DNA of 64,000 nt from an uncultured Clostridia bacterium (lineage in GTDB: Bacteria > Bacillota > Clostridia > Christensenellales > UBA1242): the NCBI GenBank assembly GCA_944332315.1, contig CALVJT010000021.1, positions 8,896 to 72,895 of the forward strand, in the 5' to 3' direction. The notes beneath the pieces are model-generated. The model was not told where the DNA came from. It saw only the letters and a list, made by a program, of their open reading frames with translations, and did not search any database. Each line of letters begins with the position of its first letter. The first letter of the stretch is position 1. Shown here piece after piece: positions 16,719 through 26,440 of the stretch. A program made the translations under genes and the position numbers.

Positions 16719-18188
16719 ATGGAAAACAGCATTTACCAAGATATAGCACAGCGCACTAATGGCGATATTTATTTAGGCGTTGTGGGGCCTGTTAGGGTAG
16801 GAAAATCTACCTTTATAACAAATTTTATGGAAAAGTTAGTTATTCCCAACATACAAGATAGCAATGTTAAAATTAGGGCGGTGGACGAACTGCCTCAATC
16901 TGCCGATGGCAAGACTATAATGACTACGCAACCCAAGTTTGTGCCTAGCGAGGCGGTTAGCATAAACATTGATAACATTGCTATGAATGTGCGCCTTATA
17001 GACTGCGTGGGCTACTTTGTTGCTGGTGCTTTGGGGAGCAGTGAGGGAGAAAAACCTAGGCTTGTAAAGACGCCGTGGAGTGATGAGGATATGCCTTTAG
17101 AGCGCGCTGCCGAAATAGGGACTGAAAAGGTTATAAAAGAGCACTCCACTGTAGGCATTGTTATGACTGCCGATGGCAGTTTTGGCGAACTACCTAGGGA
17201 TGCTTTTATCGAGGGGGAGGAGCGCGTTATTAATGAGCTAAAGGAAATTAATAAGCCATTTGTTGTGATACTAAATAGTGCGTATCCAAAATCGCCCGAT
17301 ACAATAGAGCTTGCGGATAATTTAACGCAAAAGTACGGGGTAAAGGTTATGGCTGTGGATGTATCTAATTTAAGCGAGGATAACATCAACGAGATGTTTG
17401 CCAACCTTTTGCGCGAATTTCCTATTGTTGCAATTGAGGTGGCTATGCCAAAGTGGATGCAGGCACTGCCATTTGAGCATCCGCTTATTGAAAGAGTTGT
17501 AGATGAATTTAGGCAACACGCCGAAAATCTTTATAAAATAGGCGACCTTAATAAAGGGCAATTATTTATAGAATCGGCTGATTTTGAACCTATAAATGCC
17601 TCGCTTGTAAAACTGGGCGAGGGCAAAATTGAGTTTGAAATTAAAACAAAACCTCAACTTTTCTATAAAGTTTTAAGCCAAGAGTGCGATATGAACATAG
17701 AGGATGACTACCATCTAATGAGCCAAATAAAAGACCTTGCTTTTGCTAAAAAAGAATACGATAAACTTAAAGATGCTTTGCAATCTGTGGAGGAAACGGG
17801 CTACGGTGTTGTTAACCCTAAACTTACTGATATGGTATTAGATGAGCCTGTTGTTGTAAAGCAAGGCAACCGATATGGGGTAAAACTGCACGCAAGTGCA
17901 CCTAGTTTGCATTTAATGAAGGTGGATATCGAAACCGATTTATCTCCTTTAGTAGGCACCGAGGACCAAACAAACGATTTTGTAAAGTACTTGCAAAGCG
18001 AGTTTGAAAACAACCCGCAATCTTTGTGGGATACCAATGTGTTTGGGCGCTCTTTAAGTGACCTTATCGAGGATGGTATGAAATCTAAACTAAATGGTAT
18101 GCCTGTTGATGCTCAACGCAAAATGCGCCGTACGCTAACAAAAATTGTAAACGAGGGCAAGGGTGGCATTATTTGCATATTGCTATAA
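16719..18188 (+). CDS. spoIVA: stage IV sporulation protein A (spore-coat basement-layer ATPase)
   Basis: 489 aa. N-terminus YQDIAQRTNGDIYLGVVGPVRVGKSTFI (Walker A) and C-terminus ...NEGKGGIICILL are highly characteristic of SpoIVA. Confidence 0.92.
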   Translation: MENSIYQDIAQRTNGDIYLGVVGPVRVGKSTFITNFMEKLVIPNIQDSNVKIRAVDELPQSADGKTIMTTQPKFVPSEAVSINIDNIAMNVRLIDCVGYFVAGALGSSEGEKPRLVKTPWSDEDMPLERAAEIGTEKVIKEHSTVGIVMTADGSFGELPRDAFIEGEERVINELKEINKPFVVILNSAYPKSPDTIELADNLTQKYGVKVMAVDVSNLSEDNINEMFANLLREFPIVAIEVAMPKWMQALPFEHPLIERVVDEFRQHAENLYKIGDLNKGQLFIESADFEPINASLVKLGEGKIEFEIKTKPQLFYKVLSQECDMNIEDDYHLMSQIKDLAFAKKEYDKLKDALQSVEETGYGVVNPKLTDMVLDEPVVVKQGNRYGVKLHASAPSLHLMKVDIETDLSPLVGTEDQTNDFVKYLQSEFENNPQSLWDTNVFGRSLSDLIEDGMKSKLNGMPVDAQRKMRRTLTKIVNEGKGGIICILL

Positions 18189-18214
18189 ATAATAAAAGCA
18201 ATAGTCTACATTTT

Positions 18215-18243
18215 AAGGTCTAAAATATTCTAGACCTTTTTTT
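18215..18243 (+). terminator. rho-independent terminator after spoIVA
   Basis: Stem AAGGTCTA / TAGACCTT, 8-nt loop, T-run TTTTTTT. Confidence 0.75.
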
Positions 18244-18329
18244 ATTTTGTTATAGCTTTTTATCTTTAAGGCTAAAAAAAGTATTATTTGTGTATCAATA
18301 CAAAAAATATATATCCTGCTTTTGTTTAA

Positions 18330-18358
18330 TTGTAATATATTTTTTAGTGTGCTATAAT
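18330..18358 (+). promoter_or_regulatory. sigma-A-type promoter for tkt
   Basis: TTGTAA (18330-18335), 17-nt spacer, TGcTATAAT (18350-18358). Confidence 0.5.
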
Positions 18359-18375
18359 TTTATAAGGAGATTATT

Positions 18376-20352
18376 ATGACTGATAGAGAAATTGCCATAA
18401 ATGAACTGCGCGTGCTGGGCTCTATGGAAATTAGCAATGCAAAATCTGGGCACACGGGCATAGTGCTTAGCAGTGCACCAATTTTGTTTGCACTTTTTAA
18501 TGACCATTTAATGTTTAACCCTAAGGATACCTCTTGGCTTATGCGTGATAGGTTTATTATGAGTGCGGGACACGGCAGTGCTTTGCTTTATGCAATTTTG
18601 CATATGTTTGGCTACGATTATTCGATTAATGACTTAAAGAGTTTTAGGCAACTACACAGCAAGTGTGCGGGGCATCCCGATTATGGTGCATCGGGTGTAG
18701 AGGTTACAACGGGGCCATTGGGGCAGGGCATTGCTAATGCGGTGGGCATTGCGCTTTGCGAGAAAAAACTTAATGAGCTATCCAAAGAAAAAACCGATGG
18801 TTTTTTTAGCCATTATACCTATGTTTTGGTGGGTGAGGGAGATATTTCGGAGGGGATATCCTACGAGGCTTGCTCGCTTGCGGGGCTTTGGAAGTTAAGC
18901 AAACTTATTGTTTTGCTAGATAGCAACAATATGACTATAGAGGGCAAGGCGGAGCTTGCGCTGGGGGATGATTTGGTAAAGCGCTTTGAGGCGCAGGGCT
19001 TTTTTGTGCAAACTGTTGATGACGGCAACGATAGTGTAGCTATATCGCAAGCAATTAGTCAAGCAAAGGCGCAGGATGAAAAGCCTAGTCTTATAATTTG
19101 CAAAACAAAGCTTGGTTATGGTTGCGAGTTTGAGGATAACCCTAAAATACATGGCAGTGCTTTGGACGAAAAAGGGCTAGATTATTTGCGCGAAAAACTT
19201 GGTGTTGATATGCGAGATTGGAAGTTTAGCAAAAGCACAAAGGCACTAATAAATCAAAGTCTAAAAAGCAAAAAAGCATACTACACCCAAAGTGTGGCTA
19301 AATTAAAAAAGTTTTTGCAGGACGATTTCTTTAAGCCTTTAGATGTGCAGGGGATAACCGAACAACTCTTAAATCAAAATTGGTTTTATGATGTTGCTAC
19401 GCGCGAGAGCAGTGGAAAGGTGCTAAATTTTATTAAAGATAAAATACCTAATTTAATTGGTGGCAGTGCGGACCTTGCGCCATCTACAAAGGCGGTTTTT
19501 GCAGATGAGCCTTTCTTTTCGGCGCAAGATGTTTTGGGCAGGAACATCCACTTTGGCATACGCGAACACGCGATGGGCGCCATTTGCAACGGCATACAAG
19601 TTTATGGCGCATTTAGAAGTTTTTGTTCTACATTTTTTGTGTTTTATGATTATCTTAAGCCTAGCCTAAGGATGTCTGCTATTATGGGGCTAAATGTTTT
19701 ATATATTTTAACGCACGATAGCATTATGGTGGGTGAGGATGGCATAACGCATCAGCCAATAGAGCAGTTGGCAAATATTCGCTCTGTTCCAAACTTGCTG
19801 GCATTTCGTCCTTGCGATACGCGTGAAACTGTGGCGGGCTATATACTGTATCTACAAAATAATAATAAACCTACTGCACTAATACTATCTAGGCAAGAAC
19901 TAAAAATGCAAAATTCTGATATCGAGAAGGCTTTGCTTGGTGGGTATGTAATAGAAAATAGTCCGCTTGATAAATGTGATATCACTTTAATAGGTAGTGG
20001 TAGCGAGGTTGCCACTTGTGTTGCGGTGCGCGATGCTTTGTTCAAAAAAGGTTACACGACACGCATTGTTTCAATGCCGTCCGAGGGCATATTTAGTATG
20101 CAACCTAAAAAATATCAAAGGCAAGTTTTAGGAGATGGCTTGCGAGTGTTTATAGAATTATCTAACGATGATATCTATCAAAAATACTTGCGTGAATATG
20201 ATGCGGTGTTTAATTTATCTGGTTTTGGCGAAAGTGGAAAAGCGGGGGATGTTTTGGATGACCTTGAGATGTCTGCTTCAAAACTTTTGCCTAAAATAGA
20301 AAAGGTTATAAAAACTTATAAAAAATATAATCGAACTCTTTTAGATAATTAG
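18376..20352 (+). CDS. tkt: transketolase
   Basis: 658 aa. It has SGHTG, FIMSAGHGSALLYAILH and GPLGQGIANAVG (TPP-binding motifs) and an HDSIxxGEDGxTHQPIE block. Confidence 0.9.
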   Translation: MTDREIAINELRVLGSMEISNAKSGHTGIVLSSAPILFALFNDHLMFNPKDTSWLMRDRFIMSAGHGSALLYAILHMFGYDYSINDLKSFRQLHSKCAGHPDYGASGVEVTTGPLGQGIANAVGIALCEKKLNELSKEKTDGFFSHYTYVLVGEGDISEGISYEACSLAGLWKLSKLIVLLDSNNMTIEGKAELALGDDLVKRFEAQGFFVQTVDDGNDSVAISQAISQAKAQDEKPSLIICKTKLGYGCEFEDNPKIHGSALDEKGLDYLREKLGVDMRDWKFSKSTKALINQSLKSKKAYYTQSVAKLKKFLQDDFFKPLDVQGITEQLLNQNWFYDVATRESSGKVLNFIKDKIPNLIGGSADLAPSTKAVFADEPFFSAQDVLGRNIHFGIREHAMGAICNGIQVYGAFRSFCSTFFVFYDYLKPSLRMSAIMGLNVLYILTHDSIMVGEDGITHQPIEQLANIRSVPNLLAFRPCDTRETVAGYILYLQNNNKPTALILSRQELKMQNSDIEKALLGGYVIENSPLDKCDITLIGSGSEVATCVAVRDALFKKGYTTRIVSMPSEGIFSMQPKKYQRQVLGDGLRVFIELSNDDIYQKYLREYDAVFNLSGFGESGKAGDVLDDLEMSASKLLPKIEKVIKTYKKYNRTLLDN

Positions 20353-20476
20353 TTTTATTTAAGTTTAGCTTTATAAATTTGGGTGACATTGAATTTTATT
20401 AAAATATGCTTATTATAAATAATTATACATTATAAGCAAAACAGTCTAATTATCGAATTTAATTATTAGAATACGC

Positions 20477-20516
20477 AAAATATAGAGTATTATAAAAATA
20501 TAATACTCTATATTTT
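20477..20516 (+). terminator. long hairpin terminator after tkt
   Basis: 16-bp stem AAAATATAGAGTATTA / TAATACTCTATATTTT with an 8-nt loop. The U-run is partly inside the stem. Confidence 0.6.
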
Positions 20517-20564
20517 GTATTTATAAAAAATATGATACATCCATATATAAATATGTTTTTTATT

Positions 20565-20638
20565 AGATTCTATAATCAATATTGGGGTATTGATATAATT
20601 TAATTCTATTAAATATAATATTTGCCCCCAACATTTTG
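20565..20638 (-). repeat. intergenic repeat family R2, copy 3 (inverted relative to copies 1 and 2)
   Basis: AGATTCTATAATCAATATTGGGG...TTGCCCCCAACATTTTG is the reverse complement of the end blocks of 3444-3508, with 1 mismatch in the second block. Confidence 0.7.
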
Positions 20639-20645
20639 CATAGAA

Positions 20646-20731
20646 TCTTTTATTATTAATGTTACATAGTGGTTTATAAATCAGGCTTTTGCTAAGCTCT
20701 TTATGCTACCTACATGCAAATATTATAGAAC
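20646..20731 (+). repeat. diverged R1-like repeat
   Basis: TCTTTTATTATTAATG...GGCTTTTGCTAAGCTCTTTATGCTA...AATATTATAGAAC. It shares the TTTGCTAA and ATATTATAGAAC blocks but lacks the AATATTTAACTAAC core. Confidence 0.4.
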
Positions 20732-20843
20732 TTAAAATATTAAACGCTTATTTATATATTTGCAAATTAAAATTGCACCATAATTATAAAATTTAGATAG
20801 TTAATTTGTTTAATATTTACAAAAATTTATGGGTAAAATCTTT

Positions 20844-20871
20844 TTGAAAATGTCAAAAAATGTGCTATAAT
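20844..20871 (+). promoter_or_regulatory. sigma-A-type promoter for the topoisomerase B-subunit gene
   Basis: TTGAAA (20844-20849), 16-nt spacer, TGcTATAAT (20863-20871). Confidence 0.55.
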
Positions 20872-20901
20872 GCTTTTGTTATGTGTTTGGGAGGTTAGGC
20901 A

Positions 20902-22869
20902 TTGAAAGAATATAATTCTAAAGATATAGTGGTGCTAGAGGGGCTGGAGGCGGTTCGTTTGCGCCCTGGTATGTATATTGGCACTACGAGTTCAAAAGGG
21001 CTACACCACTTGTTGTGGGAAATTATAGATAACTCCATTGATGAAATTGCAAATGGCTTTGGTAATAAAATCACGGTTACATTATATAAAGATGGCAGTG
21101 TATCGGTTCAAGATAATGGGCGCGGTATTCCTGTAGATAAGCATCCGCAGTTGGGTATATCGGGTGTAGAGGTGGTGTTTACGCAGTTGCACGCGGGGGG
21201 TAAGTTTAATAACGATAACTACAACTTTTCGGGCGGGTTGCATGGTGTGGGTGCATCTGTTACAAATGCTTTGAGCGAGTGGTTAGAGGTTATAACTAAT
21301 AAAAACGGCAAAAAGTATAAGATAGAGTTCCATTCTGTTCCAAACTCGAAAGGTAAAATTTTGGGAGGGACTGTAAAAACTCCTTTGCGTTGCCTTGGCT
21401 CGACTACCGAAACGGGGACATTTGTGCGTTTTATGCCTGATGCTAGAATTTTTGAAACTACCAACTTTAGTGGCGAAGTTATTGCTAAGCGCTTAAAGGA
21501 ATACGCTTTTTTGAACAAGGGCGCTACGATTGAACTTATTGATGAAAACATGTTAAACGAGGATGGCTCCTGTTTAAGGCGCGTTTATAAGTACGATGGC
21601 GGTATCAAAGATTTTGTAACCTATCTAAACGAAGGTAAAAATCCGCTGTTTGCTACGCCTATTTATTTTGAGGCAAAGTCTGATAAAGTAAAGGTAGAGT
21701 GCGCAATTCAATACACCGATGCTTATGTCGAAAATATTTTTAGTTATGTAAATAATATCTCCACTTCCGAGGGGGGGACTCACGAAACTGGCTTTAAGAC
21801 TGCTCTCACTCGAGTATTTAACGATGCGGGTCGCGAGGCGGGATTTTTGAAGGAAAAGGAAGCGAATTTGGTTGGGGAGGACTATCGCGAGGGTATCACG
21901 GCAGTACTTTCTATAAAAATGAAAAATGTGCAGTTTGAGGGGCAGACAAAGACAAAGCTCGGCAACCCAGAGGCTAAGTCGGAGGTGGAAAATCTTGTCT
22001 ACACGCACTTGCTTGCCATTATGGAAAAAGCCGATAGTAAAAAAGTTTTGGAAGCCATTATAAATAAAGGTAAGCTGGCTGCGCACGCGCGTATTGCATC
22101 TAAAAAAGCAAAAGAGCTAACTCGTGCTAAAAATAGTTTGGAGGCCACCGCTCTTATAGGTAAGCTATCCTCATGTAGTGGTAGAGATGCTAAAAAGAAT
22201 GAGCTTTATATTGTTGAGGGCGATAGTGCGGGCGGAAGCGCAAAGATGGGGCGCGATAGGTCGTTTCAAGCAATTTTGCCTTTGCGCGGAAAGCCTCTTA
22301 ATGTCGAAAAAAAACGCCTTGAACAGGTTTTGCAGAACGATGAGTTCCGTTCAATTATCACTGCTCTTGGGGCTGGCATTGGCGATGACTTTAGCGTTGA
22401 GGACCTTAAATATGATAAAGTAATAATTCTTGCAGATGCAGATCAGGATGGGGCTCATATTAGGGCAATTTTGTTGACTTTCTTTTATAGGTATATGAAG
22501 CCTCTTATATTGGATGGGCATGTGTACATAGGTGTACCGCCACTATATAAGATATCTAAAAAGAATGATGTTAAATATGCATACTCCGATGAGCAGTTGC
22601 GCGAGTATGCTGACGAGTTCGGCAAGGGCTATGACATACAAAGATATAAGGGTTTGGGCGAAATGAACCCCGAACAGTTATGGGAAACCACTATGGACCC
22701 TAAAAATCGAACTATGATAAGAGTTTCTATAGATGATGCTGCTGAGGCTGAAAAATTAATTACTACCCTTATGGGGGACGACATAGAATCGAGAAAGATT
22801 TATATTTCGGAATATGCTAACTTTAATAAAGAGCCTGACGAATTTGATAAACTTAAAAAAGTTAAATAA
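20902..22869 (+). CDS. parE: type IIA topoisomerase ATPase subunit (ParE/GyrB family; ParE inferred from the partner gene)
   Basis: 655 aa. It has LEGLEAVRLRPGMYIG, LHHLLWEIIDNSIDE, EGDSAGGSAK and PLRGKPLNV motifs. TTG start with SD GGGAGG. The adjacent A subunit lacks a GyrA box. Confidence 0.8.
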   Translation: MKEYNSKDIVVLEGLEAVRLRPGMYIGTTSSKGLHHLLWEIIDNSIDEIANGFGNKITVTLYKDGSVSVQDNGRGIPVDKHPQLGISGVEVVFTQLHAGGKFNNDNYNFSGGLHGVGASVTNALSEWLEVITNKNGKKYKIEFHSVPNSKGKILGGTVKTPLRCLGSTTETGTFVRFMPDARIFETTNFSGEVIAKRLKEYAFLNKGATIELIDENMLNEDGSCLRRVYKYDGGIKDFVTYLNEGKNPLFATPIYFEAKSDKVKVECAIQYTDAYVENIFSYVNNISTSEGGTHETGFKTALTRVFNDAGREAGFLKEKEANLVGEDYREGITAVLSIKMKNVQFEGQTKTKLGNPEAKSEVENLVYTHLLAIMEKADSKKVLEAIINKGKLAAHARIASKKAKELTRAKNSLEATALIGKLSSCSGRDAKKNELYIVEGDSAGGSAKMGRDRSFQAILPLRGKPLNVEKKRLEQVLQNDEFRSIITALGAGIGDDFSVEDLKYDKVIILADADQDGAHIRAILLTFFYRYMKPLILDGHVYIGVPPLYKISKKNDVKYAYSDEQLREYADEFGKGYDIQRYKGLGEMNPEQLWETTMDPKNRTMIRVSIDDAAEAEKLITTLMGDDIESRKIYISEYANFNKEPDEFDKLKKVK

Positions 22870-23173
22870 TATAGCAAGTGTTTTACAGTATTGATGCCTA
22901 GCATTTAGCAAGCAACGCAAATTGCGTAGGGTATATAGCATTTATTTAATAAAACATAAATAGCGGTTTTAGGATTAAATTTTATAAACTTATAATGTGT
23001 CAACACTGATATGCTTATATCAAAAAAGAATGTTTTTTAATTATCAATCAATAAATTTTACATTTTATTAGCTAATTTTATAAAGCGAATGCAATCAAAT
23101 TATTTTTAGAAATTTCAAATAGTCTAAATAAATTCAATTTTTGTTATCACTATTTATACTTTAGGAGAGAATT

Positions 23174-26100
23174 GTGTCATTTGATAATGATGATATGGAT
23201 GAGGAGGAGTTCACAAATCAGCCTATAGAAGGGCAAATGTCGATTTTTGAACTGCCTCAACAACCTGAACCTAATGAGGAAGAGGTTTTTACAAATCAGC
23301 CGGTGCAGGGGCAACTTGATTTGTTTGAATATTATGATGCTGTTAATTCACGCAGTGGTAAAGTAGAAAATTTGTATAAAAATGCAAATAGTGATGATGA
23401 TATTTTAGATACAAATTTACAATATGTAAAAGTAGAAAATATTTATAGCGATGAAAATGTAGATAATAAAGTAGTAGATAATAAAAAAATAAATGATAAA
23501 CAAAAAAGCAATCAAAATATAAAAAGTATTGAGGAAAATAAACATAGTGCTGTTGATAAAAATAAAATCTCAGATTATGAGCAGGTGGATGAGCGAGTAT
23601 CTGCTGATGATTATCACGAAAATATTGTTGAGAACGAGTGTGATATAAATGGGGCAGATACAGAATATGTGGATGCGGACAATGAACCTATCAAAACACA
23701 TTTATCAAATTCGAATAACTTGAGTGATGAATCTATTCAATTTGATGTAGTGGAAAACAATCAAGATACTGTTGTGGGTGCGCCAGATTATGAGCAATCT
23801 GAAACGCAAACGCAAACTTACAAAAATGAATTGAAAGATAATACAGAATTCAATTATCAAAGTGATGAACACGATAGAAAAATTATTTACGAAAATAGTG
23901 GTAAACTAATAAGACAACCAAAGAAATATCAAAGAGAGGGTAGAAAAATGGCTAATACTGATGAGCCTATTAAAAGCAATGTCAAGGGGGGTGGCGGGAA
24001 CAATGAAGGTGGACTTCTTGTACAATCTATTGATGAAGTTTTGCACAATTCAATGATTCCTTATAGTGAATTTGTATTGCTAGATCGTGCTTTGCCAAGG
24101 GTAGAGGATGGGCTAAAGCCTGTTCAGAGGCGTATACTTTACACTATGCTAGAGTTGGGCATGACGCCGGATAAGGCGTATCGAAAGTGCGCTAGAATTG
24201 TCGGCGATTGTTTAGGTAAATATCATCCTCATGGCGATACTTCTGTTTATGATGCGCTTGTGCGTATGGCTCAACCTTTTAATATGCGCGGGATATTAGT
24301 GCAAGGGCACGGCAATTTTGGTTCTGTTGATGGTGATAGTGCGGCGGCTATGAGGTATACCGAGGCAAAACTTGCACCGCTTGCAATGGAATTGTTGAGA
24401 GATTTAGAAAAAGAAACCGTTAAATGGAGCTTTAATTTTGATGATACGCTAAAGGAGCCTGATACATTACCGGGGCGTTTTCCTAACTTGCTTGTAAATG
24501 GTGCGGTGGGTATAGCTGTTGGTCTTGCCACCAACATACCAACTCATAACCTAAACGAAGTTATTGATGGCGTTGTTGCTTTGATTGAACATCCTTCCAT
24601 TCAGCTAAAGGAAATGATGAAAATAATTAAAGGCCCAGACTTTCCTACTGGTGCGATAATTTCTACTGATGAACTTTATCAAGCATATGAAACGGGTCGT
24701 GGTAAAATTACTATGAGGGCAAAGACGCATTTTGAGGATGCGGGAAATGGCAAAACAAACATAGTTATTACCGAAATACCATATCAAAAGAATAAATCAA
24801 GTTTACTTGCTAAAATTGCCGATGTTCGAGAGGATAAAAAGGGCGTATTGCTTGGCATACAGGATATTAAAGATGAATCTGATAGGAATGGGATTAGGGC
24901 AGTTATAACCGTTAAAGCGGGGTACAATGCTAATGACATTCTCAATTTACTATATAAATACACCGATTTACAATCTAGTTTTGGTATAAATATGGTAGCT
25001 ATAGCCGATGGTAAGCCAAAACAACTTGGGTTAATGACAATACTAAAGTACTATCTAGATTATCAAGTTGATATTATTGTGCGCAGAACGCGTTTTGACC
25101 TTAATAATGCTAAAGAGCGTATGCACATTTTAGAGGGGCTACACATTGCAATTGTAAATATCGATGAGGTTGTTGCAATTATAAAGAATAGTTCTAACAC
25201 TACCGAGGCTAAAGTGCGTTTAAGGCAAAGGTTTTTACTATCCGAAAAGCAGGCTCAAGCAATTTTGGATATGCGCCTTGCGCGTTTGACAAGTTTGGAA
25301 GTTTATAAAATCGAACAGGAAATTGCAGAACTTAAGGTGCTTATAGAAAAACTGACTGCAATTCTTAATTCAAAGCGCTTGCAACTTGATGTTATAAAAA
25401 ATGAACTACTTGATATTAAGAGAAAATACTCTATGCCTCGATTAACTAAAATTGTAAAGAGTTTTGGCGAAATTGATGTTGAGAGCATTTTGGAAGCTAA
25501 CAAAGTGGTTGAGGAAACTATTGTTGCTTTAACGCAAAGTGGCACAATCAAAAGGATGCAACCTAAACACTTTGAGACGACTGTAAAAGAGTTTAATTCG
25601 CAACTCACCGAAAACGAGTTGCACTACAATATACTTAAGACATCTACAGATAAAACTTTGGTTGCGTTTACAAACAAGGGCAACGCGTGCAGAATATCTG
25701 TTGAGGATATTAAAGAAGTTAAGTGGAGAGATAAGGGGACAAACTTTAGGGCTATTTGCAAAGAGTTGGATGTGGATGAAAAGATTTTATCTTTGTTTGA
25801 AATAAATAAAAATGATGATAGAGAAATTATTTTTGGCACCAAGCACGGGCTACTAAAACGAACTGCCCTAAAGGAATATGATGTATCAAAACAAAAATTT
25901 ACTGCAATTAAGTTAAAAGAGGATGATGAGCTTGTTAGTGCAGTATTGGCAGATAATAAAAAGACTATACTTATGGTAACAAAACACGGTATGGCGCTTA
26001 ATTGCGAGATTGGTGCAGTGCCAACAAGTGGTCGTGTCAGTCAAGGTGTAAAGGGTATGAACCTATCTAGCGACGATTGCTTTGTGTTTGTGGGGCTTAT

Positions 26101-26416
26101 GCCTCTTAACGCCGAGTTGGTACTAGCAACGAAAAAAGGCTTTGCAAAGAGGTTTAATGTGGGGGGCATTGAACTTTCGCAAAGGGCAAGAAAGGGTTCA
26201 AAGGTTTTTGCCATAAATGAGAATGATGAGATAATTTTTGTAGATATTGAAAAGGGCGATGCTGATTATGTAGTAAAATTCTATGGGAACGATAATTTTG
26301 TAAAAAAGAATATCAAGGAATTTTTCCCTGATAAAAAACAGGGTAAGGGCAAGAGTTTATCTACAAATAAAAATGGGTTAAGAATAACTTCCATTTATAA
26401 ATACAATATAGAATAA
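23174..26416 (+). CDS. parC: type IIA topoisomerase DNA-cleavage subunit, ParC-type (no GyrA box), with a 258-aa acidic N-terminal extension
   Basis: GTG start with AGGAG 6 nt upstream. The canonical domain starts near aa 280 (DRALPRVEDGLKPVQRRILY, AAMRYTE catalytic Tyr region). Where GyrA has QRRGGKG, the CTD first blade reads HFETTVKEFNSQL. An alternative internal start is ATG 23948. Confidence 0.8.
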   Translation: MSFDNDDMDEEEFTNQPIEGQMSIFELPQQPEPNEEEVFTNQPVQGQLDLFEYYDAVNSRSGKVENLYKNANSDDDILDTNLQYVKVENIYSDENVDNKVVDNKKINDKQKSNQNIKSIEENKHSAVDKNKISDYEQVDERVSADDYHENIVENECDINGADTEYVDADNEPIKTHLSNSNNLSDESIQFDVVENNQDTVVGAPDYEQSETQTQTYKNELKDNTEFNYQSDEHDRKIIYENSGKLIRQPKKYQREGRKMANTDEPIKSNVKGGGGNNEGGLLVQSIDEVLHNSMIPYSEFVLLDRALPRVEDGLKPVQRRILYTMLELGMTPDKAYRKCARIVGDCLGKYHPHGDTSVYDALVRMAQPFNMRGILVQGHGNFGSVDGDSAAAMRYTEAKLAPLAMELLRDLEKETVKWSFNFDDTLKEPDTLPGRFPNLLVNGAVGIAVGLATNIPTHNLNEVIDGVVALIEHPSIQLKEMMKIIKGPDFPTGAIISTDELYQAYETGRGKITMRAKTHFEDAGNGKTNIVITEIPYQKNKSSLLAKIADVREDKKGVLLGIQDIKDESDRNGIRAVITVKAGYNANDILNLLYKYTDLQSSFGINMVAIADGKPKQLGLMTILKYYLDYQVDIIVRRTRFDLNNAKERMHILEGLHIAIVNIDEVVAIIKNSSNTTEAKVRLRQRFLLSEKQAQAILDMRLARLTSLEVYKIEQEIAELKVLIEKLTAILNSKRLQLDVIKNELLDIKRKYSMPRLTKIVKSFGEIDVESILEANKVVEETIVALTQSGTIKRMQPKHFETTVKEFNSQLTENELHYNILKTSTDKTLVAFTNKGNACRISVEDIKEVKWRDKGTNFRAICKELDVDEKILSLFEINKNDDREIIFGTKHGLLKRTALKEYDVSKQKFTAIKLKEDDELVSAVLADNKKTILMVTKHGMALNCEIGAVPTSGRVSQGVKGMNLSSDDCFVFVGLMPLNAELVLATKKGFAKRFNVGGIELSQRARKGSKVFAINENDEIIFVDIEKGDADYVVKFYGNDNFVKKNIKEFFPDKKQGKGKSLSTNKNGLRITSIYKYNIE

Positions 26417-26440
26417 TTTCAAAAGATAGTGGAGTTTTAT

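Noticed and set aside
22915-22927. 13-nt palindrome ACGCAAATTGCGT in the parE-parC spacer, considered as a possible operator.
   Set aside because: It is a single short occurrence with no second site or partner regulator in view, which is too weak to call.
23948-26416. Interpreting the parC N-terminal extension as a mis-called start, with the true start at M259.
   Set aside because: This is not fully rejected and is kept as the alternative. I disfavoured it as the sole explanation because 258 stop-free codons in AT-rich DNA, a strong AGGAG-6-GTG signal, and an internal duplicated peptide motif all argue for translation.
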